Of a stretch of 64,000 nt of DNA, positions 1 through 8,048 are shown in pieces (positions within the stretch are counted from its first letter, which is position 1; each line of letters begins with the position of its first letter). Source of the stretch: Candidatus Latescibacterota bacterium (lineage in GTDB: Bacteria; Latescibacterota; UBA2968; UBA8231). Below the pieces are notes generated by a model, which saw only the letters and a list, made by a program, of their open reading frames with translations, did not search any database and was not told where the DNA came from. The position numbers and the translations under genes were made by a program. The stretch is from assembly GCA_965223905.1 (NCBI GenBank), contig CBDCXV010000011.1:1536001-1600000 (forward strand), in the 5' to 3' direction.

Positions 1-103
1 CCGTTCCTCCGGTGTCATCGGCAGCTCCCTGGTTGCTGTTTTGAGCTACATTAAACCCGCATTGCCCTGCGAAAACAAGCGACATGCCGGCGAGAGGATC
101 GTC

Positions 104-883
104 ATGACCCCATTCGAACAAGCGGTTGCCGAAATCGAGATCTACGGATTCACCCTGGTAGCGGATGTCCTCGATCCCGGCCAGATCGAGGCCTTGAAAG
201 GCGCCCTCGTCCGCTGCGCCGGGGAGGTCGGAGTGCACGGGTACGAAAACCGCAACGCCACCTCCGTGCTGGTCGCCAACCTGCCGGCGCGGGACCCGGT
301 CTTTTTCCAGGTCATCGACCATCCCGCCATCCTTCCGATCCTCGAGCACTTTCTCGACAGGACCCTCATCCTCGGCAGCCTCAGCTCGCGCATCGTCCGG
401 CCGGGCGACGGCGAGCAGGATTTCCACAGCGACATACCGGCTCACATGCTCAACCCGGTCTCCCCGGTCATGATGAACACCGTGTGGATGCTCGACGATT
501 TCAGCCCCGAGATCGGCGGCACCCGCATCGTGCCCGGCTCGCACAGAAGCGGCCTCGCCGGCCCGCCGCAGGGGATGGAGGTCAGGCACGTGTTTCAACC
601 CGAGGCCGCGGCGGGAAGCGTGCTGATCTTCAACGGCCAGTGCTGGCACGCCGGCGGCGCCAACAGCACCGGCCGCAATCGCCACGCCCTGTTCGCCCAC
701 TACCGCAAGTCGATGCTGATGTTCCAGCTCGACCCCCACGATGGTTTTCCGGCGGCATGGCACGACAGACTGAACCGGCGCCAGAAGGAGCTGCTGCGCA
801 TGCAGTCCGGCCTCAACGAAAGCCACGCCTCGGACGAGCACCTCGCCCGGTTGCTCCCCAGGAAGGATCGCGAGGCGGGATGA
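104..883 (+). CDS. Phytanoyl-CoA dioxygenase (PhyH) family Fe(II)/2OG dioxygenase
   Basis: GFTLV N-terminal motif, FHSD (HxD), GGTRIVPGSH, distal WHAGGAN; ATG at 104 follows GAGAGG. Confidence 0.9.
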   Translation: MTPFEQAVAEIEIYGFTLVADVLDPGQIEALKGALVRCAGEVGVHGYENRNATSVLVANLPARDPVFFQVIDHPAILPILEHFLDRTLILGSLSSRIVRPGDGEQDFHSDIPAHMLNPVSPVMMNTVWMLDDFSPEIGGTRIVPGSHRSGLAGPPQGMEVRHVFQPEAAAGSVLIFNGQCWHAGGANSTGRNRHALFAHYRKSMLMFQLDPHDGFPAAWHDRLNRRQKELLRMQSGLNESHASDEHLARLLPRKDREAG

Positions 884-921
884 ACTTCCCGGGGCTCGAA
901 AAAGCCTCGGAAGGTTAAGAG

Positions 922-1653
922 ATGAGTCGGTTTCTGATTGTCCTGATAATGGCAGGCGTAGCTGAAGCGCACAGCGGGAACCGCGTGTATCCCTTCTACG
1001 AGCTTACGGATGAAATGCTGGAGAAGATCGACTTGCACGATGGATTGATCGACGAATGGTATGAGATCGGTGAACCGAGCATGACCCTGCTGGATTTCAA
1101 GACCAACGGCGACATTATTCCACTCAATCCGTCCAATCTCGACTTTCGCATCTGGCTAGCTTGGCATGATGAGCCGAATCGTATCTATGTGGCTTTCATC
1201 ATCAGTGACGATGAATACAAGAACACCCATGATTGGTCCAGCGAAACAGCGACTATGAGATGGCTTGATTTTAATGACAGCATCACCCTCTACCTTGACG
1301 CCGATCACAGCGGTGGCAGGGGATTAGTAGATATTGCAGGTGATGTAGCCGATGAGGAAAGAATGCGTATTTTCGGACATACGCAGATGTATAATGTAAT
1401 TGCTCAAACGGTAAGCGGCCCAACCATGGCCGCGGGTAGTATAATCAGGGAAAGAGAGCCCCGGCATAATCTACCCCCCTATTGGGGATATTCTCCTACC
1501 CCCTGGCATCCAGAAGCCATTGATGATGACGATGCGCATCTGAGGCTTCATGATTATATGGCCGACCTCTTCATCGATGGGCTGCTGGTTCCCGCTCAGG
1601 AAACAGCCGTCGAGTCCGTCACCTGGAGACGCATCAAGGCGTCTTTGGAGTAA
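922..1653 (+). CDS. Secreted protein, CBM9/DOMON-like sugar-binding fold, with C-terminal AVESVTWRRIK motif; possibly internally deleted
   Basis: Signal peptide ending AEAH; DGLIDEW, RIYVAF..SDD, DSITLYLDADHSGG motifs; lower GC than flanks. Confidence 0.65.
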   Translation: MSRFLIVLIMAGVAEAHSGNRVYPFYELTDEMLEKIDLHDGLIDEWYEIGEPSMTLLDFKTNGDIIPLNPSNLDFRIWLAWHDEPNRIYVAFIISDDEYKNTHDWSSETATMRWLDFNDSITLYLDADHSGGRGLVDIAGDVADEERMRIFGHTQMYNVIAQTVSGPTMAAGSIIREREPRHNLPPYWGYSPTPWHPEAIDDDDAHLRLHDYMADLFIDGLLVPAQETAVESVTWRRIKASLE

Positions 1654-1683
1654 GACCCTCATCGTCTTTCTGTTCCTGCTCGG

Positions 1684-3307
1684 GTAACCGTTCAGTTCCC
1701 CTGGCAGGTTGGGGCGGGGGCGGAATGGTAGCAGGTTGACTATTAACGAATGGGGGAGTGGGTTGAAGGCAGCAGCGAGGGCGCCGGCTGCTTAGACACG
1801 GCGGCGTCACAGGCCATCCTGAGATAGTCGAGGACGTTGCGCTGCTGCTGGCGCAGGGTATCGCGCACCGTGAGCAGGCGCTCTACGAAACGGCTGCCTT
1901 CGGCACTGTGGGTGCCGAAGCTGGTGTGACGCCACAACACGCCATGGCGAAGGGCTCGTTCGGCGTCGTTGTTGGTCGGCTCGACGCCGGGCCGGCGTGC
2001 GAAGGTCCACAGGGCCGGCCCGAGGTCGAGGAGATTGGCGCAGGTGGCCGCCGTCTTGGCGTCGGCGAACTGCTGCCCATAGCACAAATGAAACCGAAAG
2101 CGCAGACACAAATCGTCGATATAGTCCTGGAAGCGGGCGCGGGACAGGGTACCGTCGCGGACTTGATGCCACCAGGTAAACAGCTGCTCGCTGCGGTCCA
2201 ACAGGTGTTGACCGACGCGCTCGGCCTCTCCGCCCCGGGCCACGAACTCCTCGAAGGCGCGCCGCAGGTGAGCCCAGCAGACTTGCCGGCGTCGCAGCGG
2301 CAGATGCGCGTAGGCCGAATAGCGATCGCAGCCGACCACCGCCCGGTTATCCGCACCCAGCATCTCATCGACCCCGTCGCGGTTACGTCTTTTGCGGATG
2401 GAGAACACGGTGACGCCGTCCGTCACCGCGGTCCACAACCAGGCCTTGGCGCGGCGCTGGCGCCAGCCGGTCTCGTCGACGTTGACGATGCCCTGTCGGC
2501 GAACGAAGGCGCGCGCCTCCTCGACCGCACCCGCCAGGGCCGTGGCCACTTCCTGTTCCAGCCGGCTGACGGTACCCAGCGACACCTCCAGGCCGAAGGC
2601 GTCGGACAACAGCGCCCGGATGTTGCGCTTGCTCAGCCGGTAGGCCCCGGCCAACAGGCCGACCCAGGCTTGCACGCTGGGACCGAAGGTGTGCCGCGAT
2701 ACGCCCTCGGGCCAACCGGCTTCGGTCAGGCGGTCGCAGTGACCGCAGCGCAGGGTGTGCAACTGATACTCGATGACCTCGGCCCGCACCGGCGGGATGA
2801 CGACTGCCTGGTGACGCTGCGGATGGGGATCGTCTCCCGTCAACAGGTGCCCGCATCCGTGGCACGTACTCGGCTTGACCGGGATCAGTTCGTCCACCTG
2901 CTCCACCGATACCCACGAGCGGCCGTGTCCTTCGTGCCCGGGCTGTCCGCCCGGCGAGCGCCCCGAGGATCGGCGTCGGGAGGCGTCGGTGCGAGGCGAG
3001 GAGGAAGCGCCCGATTCCGACGAGGCGGCCCGGGCACCGCGGCGGGACCGCCCCTTGCGGCGGGCCAATTCCCGCTCCAGCTCGGCGATCCGCGCCGTCT
3101 GTTGTTCCACGATTTGCTCGAGCTGGACAATGCGCTGACGCAAGTCGCCTTCGGAAATCGCACTCTCAGGGGGTCTCTTCATGGGGTCGCCGTATCCAGG
3201 GAAATCTGCAACACACAACCGATTCCCGAAGATACCGACGAACCCCAAAACCCGCGTAGGTATTTCTTTATATGCTCAAACTACTGCAGGGGGGACTGAA
3301 CGGTTAC
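1684..3307 (-). mobile_element. IS66-family insertion sequence (single-ORF, ISBst12-like organisation)
   Basis: 13-bp perfect TIR GTAACCGTTCAGT at 1684-1696 and 3295-3307; 8-bp TSD CTGCTCGG at 1676-1683 and 3308-3315. Confidence 0.95.
1743..3182 (-). CDS. tnpC: IS66 family transposase
   Basis: Coiled coil, PGGQPGHEG, CxxC zinc ribbons, VDETGW, CWAHLRR, PTNNDAERALR. Confidence 0.95.
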   Translation of the reverse strand: MKRPPESAISEGDLRQRIVQLEQIVEQQTARIAELERELARRKGRSRRGARAASSESGASSSPRTDASRRRSSGRSPGGQPGHEGHGRSWVSVEQVDELIPVKPSTCHGCGHLLTGDDPHPQRHQAVVIPPVRAEVIEYQLHTLRCGHCDRLTEAGWPEGVSRHTFGPSVQAWVGLLAGAYRLSKRNIRALLSDAFGLEVSLGTVSRLEQEVATALAGAVEEARAFVRRQGIVNVDETGWRQRRAKAWLWTAVTDGVTVFSIRKRRNRDGVDEMLGADNRAVVGCDRYSAYAHLPLRRRQVCWAHLRRAFEEFVARGGEAERVGQHLLDRSEQLFTWWHQVRDGTLSRARFQDYIDDLCLRFRFHLCYGQQFADAKTAATCANLLDLGPALWTFARRPGVEPTNNDAERALRHGVLWRHTSFGTHSAEGSRFVERLLTVRDTLRQQQRNVLDYLRMACDAAVSKQPAPSLLPSTHSPIR

Positions 3308-3464
3308 CTGCTCGGCCAAGCCAGCGCGCACGGTCCAAGGGGAGTTCAGCCTCTGGATGCGGCAGCTTGCCGGACGGAGAGAGCCCGGTGATCGTTCGCG
3401 AGGTACTGCAGTCCTTGAGCTACAACGAGAATTCACGAGACCGACCCGATAACGGAGGATCGAC

Positions 3465-4436
3465 ATGAACTCTGACAAGGTGCGCTGGGGAATCATCAGC
3501 ACCGCCCGCATCGCCGCAACCGCTTTCGTTCCCGCGGTGCGCCAGACCCGGCGGGGGGAGGTAACCGCGGTCGCCAGCCGCAGCCGCGACAAGGGGGAAT
3601 CGTTCGCCAGGGAGCACGGGATTCCGCAGGTCTTCGACGACTACGCCAGCCTGCTGGCCAGCGACGGGATCGACGCCGTGTACAACCCCCTCCCCAACAC
3701 AATGCACCGCGAGTGGACGGAGGCGGCCGCGGCCGCCGGCAAGCACGTCTTCTGCGAAAAACCGCTGGCGACCACCGCGGCCGACGCCGAGGCGATGGTG
3801 GCCGCCTGTGAAGAGGCGGGGGTGGTCTTCTTCGAGGCCTTCGTCTTCCTCTACCACCCGCAGACCCTGAAGCTGCGCCGGCTCATCGACGAGGGGGCCA
3901 TCGGCGAGCTGCTGCAGCTGCACGCCCACATGAGCTTCCCCATCCAGCGGCCGACCGACAACATCCGCATGAACCGCGCCCTCGGAGGCGGCAGCCTCTA
4001 CGACGGCGGCTCCTACCCGATCACCTTCTCCCGCTTCGCCTTCGGTGACGAACCGGCCGGCCTCCAGTCGAAGTGCCTGATCGACCCGGAGTACCACGTC
4101 GACACCCGCGCGACCCTGATCCTGGAATTCTCAGGAGACCGGACCGCTTCCATTCAGGGCGGGTTCGACGCCTTCGGGGGACAAGGGGCGGTGCTGTTCG
4201 GCAGGGAAGCGGCGATCGAGATCCCCAGACCCTACCATCCCCAGGAACAGTCGAGCTTCGTAATTCGATCGGGGGGGAGCGAAGAGGTGGTCTCCTTCGA
4301 CACCGGGGTGGCGCCGTTCACGCCTGCCATCGAGCACTTCCAAGATTGCGTGCTCGACGGGGCGGAGCCGCTGGTTTCGGCGGCCAATGCGGTGGGGACG
4401 CTGCGGGTGATCGAGTTCGTGCTGGCTGGAGTCTGA
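3465..4436 (+). CDS. Gfo/Idh/MocA family oxidoreductase
   Basis: VRWGIISTARIA, AGKHVFCEKP, GGGSLYDGGSY; GGAGG RBS. Confidence 0.92.
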   Translation: MNSDKVRWGIISTARIAATAFVPAVRQTRRGEVTAVASRSRDKGESFAREHGIPQVFDDYASLLASDGIDAVYNPLPNTMHREWTEAAAAAGKHVFCEKPLATTAADAEAMVAACEEAGVVFFEAFVFLYHPQTLKLRRLIDEGAIGELLQLHAHMSFPIQRPTDNIRMNRALGGGSLYDGGSYPITFSRFAFGDEPAGLQSKCLIDPEYHVDTRATLILEFSGDRTASIQGGFDAFGGQGAVLFGREAAIEIPRPYHPQEQSSFVIRSGGSEEVVSFDTGVAPFTPAIEHFQDCVLDGAEPLVSAANAVGTLRVIEFVLAGV

Positions 4437-4531
4437 GAGCCGGCAGAGGCGTTAGGCCAACTGGGCAGGACCCCGGGTAGCGCAGCTTTCGATGAGCTAC
4501 TTTAACGGGCTGTACGATATTTTTTATGCTT

Positions 4532-4795
4532 ATGAAATTCGAGTTCGACCCTGAGAAAAACCGTGCCAATTTTGATAAACACGGCATCGATTTCGTCGCA
4601 GCCCAGACCTTATGGGAGGACCCTGCGTTGCTCCAGATTCCCGCGCGAACCACCGACGAACCACGCGACATGGTGATCGGCCGCATTGCGGGCAAGCACT
4701 GGTCTGGCGTGATAACAAAACGGGACGATGCAATCAGGATTATTTCTGTGCGGCGGGCACGCCGAGAGGAGGTCAGGCTCTATGAAGGCTCGTGA
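4532..4795 (+). CDS. brnT: BrnT family (DUF497) ribonuclease toxin
   Basis: FEFDPEKNRANFDKHGIDF...IRIISVRRAR matches the BrnT pattern. Confidence 0.9.
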   Translation: MKFEFDPEKNRANFDKHGIDFVAAQTLWEDPALLQIPARTTDEPRDMVIGRIAGKHWSGVITKRDDAIRIISVRRARREEVRLYEGS

Positions 4796-6188
4796 GTTCG
4801 ACGAGAAATTTGCAGAGGGGACAGACCTGATGCATGTCTTGGATATTTCTCAAGCCAAACGAATCAACCAAGTCCGGAAGCACGACAATACCGAGATGCG
4901 TATAGATCGTCTCGAAATCCGGAATTTCCGGTGCTTCGAGCACCGGGCGTTTGAATTCGACCCCCGATTCACCTTGTTGATCGGCGCAAACGCGACTGGC
5001 AAGACCGCTGTCCTCGAGGCCCTGGCCGTTGCCTTGGGGGCCGTATTGACCCCGGTTCCTGACGCAGCAAGCAGAGGGATCGGACGCCGAGACGTTCGTC
5101 GGATATATCGATTCGCAGGGGAGACCGGACACTTCGAGGATCAGTATCCGGCCCGCATCGAGGCAGGCGGATCGTTCGGTGGAAGGGAGCTGGTTTGGGT
5201 GCGCGAGTTGAAGTCTGCGAAATCCCGAACTACACGCGGGGAGACACGAGAAATCAGGCGAGCAATGAGTGACCTGATTCGTCAAAGCATCGACAACGAC
5301 CATACCGTTTACCCCTGCATCGGCTACTACGGCACCGACAGGTTCGGACTCGGGCAACGGCGAACAGCCAAAGGGGTCGATCCCTCTGGGCGCAACTCGC
5401 GCTACATCGGTTACCAGGGTTGCCTGACCCCGACCTCGTCCCCACGGTACCTGACCGCGTGGATCAAGCGCCTCGCCCTCATCGAGGCCCAACGGGGGGA
5501 ACCCCTGAAAACGCTTCGCGCCGTATACGAGGCCATCGCCGCTTGCGTCGAGAACGCCCTCGCCGCGGAGTTCGATTTCGAAGAGGACGACATCGTCGTC
5601 GAGTTCGGCAACGACACCCGCGCTCCCTTTCAAACCTTGAGCGACGGACAACGTAGCATGGGGGCCATCGCTGCGGACATCGCGATGCGCTGCTCCCAAC
5701 TCAATCCGCACCTGAACGACCGCGCTTCCGCAGAGACGCCCGGCATTGTATTGATCGACGAGCTCGATCTGCACCTTCACCCACGCTGGCAACGTGGAGT
5801 CATTGAAGACCTGGGCAAGACTTTTCCCCGGCTTCAGTTCATCGCCACCAGCCATTCGCCGTTCATCATCCAGTCCGTAAGCGAAGGCGGCGTGATCAAC
5901 CTGGATCAGGGGGATGACCTCCCGGAGACGCCGGAGTTGCAGAGCATCGAGGACGTCGCGGAAAACATCATGGGCATTGAACAGCCGCAACAAAGCCAGC
6001 GTTTTCAGAAAATGGTGGAGGCCGCCGAGGAGTATTTTCAACTCATTGAAAGTGCCTCGGCAGCGAACGACTCGGAAAAGGTCAAGAGCCTTCGAGAGCG
6101 GCTCGACGAACTCGAAGAACCCTTTGCAAACAACCCGGCCTACGTCGCTTTCCTGCGCTTGCAGCGGACGGGGAAGAATCTCCAATAA
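4782..6188 (+). CDS. ptuA: ABC/AAA ATPase (Septu PtuA-like) with an in-frame N-terminal BrnA-like antitoxin segment; ATPase domain starts at 4896
   Basis: Walker A GANATGKT, signature LSDGQR, Walker B LIDELDLHLHPRWQ, SHSP; first ~33 aa MKAREFDEKFAEGTDLMHVLDISQAKRINQ resemble BrnT-partner antitoxins. Confidence 0.8.
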   Translation: MKAREFDEKFAEGTDLMHVLDISQAKRINQVRKHDNTEMRIDRLEIRNFRCFEHRAFEFDPRFTLLIGANATGKTAVLEALAVALGAVLTPVPDAASRGIGRRDVRRIYRFAGETGHFEDQYPARIEAGGSFGGRELVWVRELKSAKSRTTRGETREIRRAMSDLIRQSIDNDHTVYPCIGYYGTDRFGLGQRRTAKGVDPSGRNSRYIGYQGCLTPTSSPRYLTAWIKRLALIEAQRGEPLKTLRAVYEAIAACVENALAAEFDFEEDDIVVEFGNDTRAPFQTLSDGQRSMGAIAADIAMRCSQLNPHLNDRASAETPGIVLIDELDLHLHPRWQRGVIEDLGKTFPRLQFIATSHSPFIIQSVSEGGVINLDQGDDLPETPELQSIEDVAENIMGIEQPQQSQRFQKMVEAAEEYFQLIESASAANDSEKVKSLRERLDELEEPFANNPAYVAFLRLQRTGKNLQ

Positions 6189-6200
6189 TCCGAAACCTGG

Positions 6201-6839
6201 ATGGACCGACTCATGCGGCGTGTTGATCGAGGATCGTGGCCCCTGGACGATCAAAACAACCCCAAGAGATTTCAGCCGTACAACAAGGCCAAGGCGGATC
6301 TGCTTGAGAGACTCGGTCGATACTGTAGCTATTGCGAACGCCGGGGAGACCTCCACATAGATCATGTCGTCCCCAAAAGCCATCGGCCTGACTTGGAGGA
6401 AAAGTGGACCAATATGCTGCTCGGCTGTAGTAACTGCAACGGTACCAAAAGCGATAACAACCGTTCGCGACAAGGTTACCTCTGGCCGGACAAAGACAAC
6501 ACGGAAGCCGCCTTCTCATACTTGCCCGACGGAATTGTTCGAGTGCGAAACAACCTTCCAGGACCGATCCAAAGAAAAGCGCAGAGGTTGTTTGATCTAG
6601 TCGGGCTTGGCAAGAGCCGGACAAAGGATCCTCGTGCGAAAGATTTGAGACGGCGAGACCGTCGCGAGGCTTGGCGAACTGCGGAGATAGCACGGCAGAA
6701 TGCCAAAAATGGGGCCAGTGTTGACATGGTGATCACGTTGGCAAAGGCGACCGGATTCTTTTCGGTATGGATGGCGGTATTTGCAAACGAACCTCAGATA
6801 TGCAGTCTACTGCGGAACAGCTTCCCAGGAACGCGATAA
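6201..6839 (+). CDS. ptuB: HNH endonuclease (Septu PtuB-like)
   Basis: YCSYCE..HIDHVVPK...NMLLGCSNCNGTK; directly downstream of the ATPase. Confidence 0.8.
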   Translation: MDRLMRRVDRGSWPLDDQNNPKRFQPYNKAKADLLERLGRYCSYCERRGDLHIDHVVPKSHRPDLEEKWTNMLLGCSNCNGTKSDNNRSRQGYLWPDKDNTEAAFSYLPDGIVRVRNNLPGPIQRKAQRLFDLVGLGKSRTKDPRAKDLRRRDRREAWRTAEIARQNAKNGASVDMVITLAKATGFFSVWMAVFANEPQICSLLRNSFPGTR

Positions 6840-6879
6840 ACCCCCGTGGCGTCAGGCCAGCCTCATCCCCGGACTGACT

Positions 6880-6933
6880 TAGCCCAAGGCTTTTCAGCTG
6901 CATCGGCACGGATTCATCGAGCAGCAGTCTCAT
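6880..6933 (-). pseudogene. Truncated DUF5615/VapC45-like PIN toxin (N-terminus only; lower boundary approximate)
   Basis: MRLLLDESVP start overlaps the end of the DUF433 gene; similarity is lost after ~17 codons. Confidence 0.6.
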
Positions 6934-7174
6934 AAGCCATTTTTTCGAGGACTTCTCTCGCCATATCGATCGCCCTTATTACCTGCTCGCGGCTTACCGA
7001 CGGAAAATCGGTCAGGAATTCATCCAGATCATGCCCGCCTGGCAAATAGTCAAACAGGTTTTTCAATGGCACCCGGGTCCCATCGAAAATGGGAGTGCCG
7101 CTCACAAAGCCATCTTTGCTGTGAAATGGGCCGTTCTCGATTGTGAGTACCGGATTTCCGGTTGTTTGTGCCAT
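6914..7174 (-). CDS. DUF433 family antitoxin
   Basis: SGTPIFDGTRVPLKNLFDYL..GHDLDEFLTDFPSVSREQV; GGGAGG RBS before ATG at 7174. Confidence 0.88.
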   Translation of the reverse strand: MAQTTGNPVLTIENGPFHSKDGFVSGTPIFDGTRVPLKNLFDYLPGGHDLDEFLTDFPSVSREQVIRAIDMAREVLEKMAYETAAR

Positions 7175-7316
7175 GGTGTTCCTCCCAGTGTTTATACCGA
7201 TCGGATGTAGGTAAAGGCGTCGGCGCTGGGCAGGCATTGGCGCAGGTGATCGGCGACGGTGCGCTTTCGGGTTGTCGAGTATGTGTGTGTCGTCCGTCAT
7301 GGCTCCATTGTAGGGG

Positions 7317-7703
7317 TCAGACCAGTTGGATCGGACCCGGGTAGCGCCCGACGACTTCATCCACCGTCAACAGCATCATCCCTTCGATCTGCGCCTGGGC
7401 GACCAGCAGCCGGTCGAACGGGTCCTTGTGGATCGGCGGCAGCGTATCCACCGCCACCGCATGGGCGCCGGTTACCACGAGTTCCGTGTAGTTGTGCTCC
7501 AGCAATCCTCGGCGCAGAACGCGCGGGTCGACCCTGAAGTCTTCCCGTCCCAAGCCTTTCTTGATAGCAACCTCCCAGAGCGATGCGGCGCTGTAAACCA
7601 ACTCCGACTCCGGATCTTCGATCAAACTGCGCGCCTCCGCAGGCAACCGGTCCGGCTCACCCGCGGCCCAGAGCAGGACATGGGTGTCGAGAAGGAGATT
7701 CAC
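7317..7703 (-). CDS. vapC: VapC PIN-domain toxin
   Basis: LLLDTHVLLW, SAASLWE, HKDPFDRLLVAQA. Confidence 0.93.
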   Translation of the reverse strand: MNLLLDTHVLLWAAGEPDRLPAEARSLIEDPESELVYSAASLWEVAIKKGLGREDFRVDPRVLRRGLLEHNYTELVVTGAHAVAVDTLPPIHKDPFDRLLVAQAQIEGMMLLTVDEVVGRYPGPIQLV

Positions 7704-7945
7704 GCGCCGCCTTCGAACAACGCCTCGATCTCGGCGGAGCCCATCCGGTCGAAGTCGGGCGGTACCGAGATCTTCCCTTGCAGAAACCCCGTCCGGCTCG
7801 CGGTTGCGGGCTCCGGGGCATCCACCGCCACGACTTTGACCAAGGGCTTGCCTGCCCGCGCAATAACGAACGGCTCGCCTTGGACAGCTTTCTCAACAAG
7901 CCGCGAAAGGTGGGTCTTGGCTTCGTGCATATTGACTGTACGCAT
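7700..7945 (-). CDS. Phd/YefM family antitoxin
   Basis: VNMHEAKTHLSRLVE...GEPFVIARAGKP; 4-bp overlap with vapC. Confidence 0.93.
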   Translation of the reverse strand: MRTVNMHEAKTHLSRLVEKAVQGEPFVIARAGKPLVKVVAVDAPEPATASRTGFLQGKISVPPDFDRMGSAEIEALFEGGA

Positions 7946-7959
7946 GGCCTTCTCCTAGG

Positions 7960-7984
7960 ACTTAGTCCATAAAACTTAGTTCAT
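7960..7984 (-). promoter_or_regulatory. Putative antitoxin operator: imperfect direct repeat ACTTAGT(C/T)CAT x2
   Basis: ACTTAGTCCAT (7960-7970) and ACTTAGTTCAT (7974-7984) immediately upstream of the phd RBS. Confidence 0.4.
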
Positions 7985-8048
7985 TTCTGTCGTACTGCAA
8001 GGGACAGTCGGGAAACGCACTTCGCGGTACTCGGACCGGTGCCAGGAG

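Noticed and set aside
1-18. Possible minus-strand gene start MTPEER at the window edge
   Set aside because: Only six codons are visible, too little to assign
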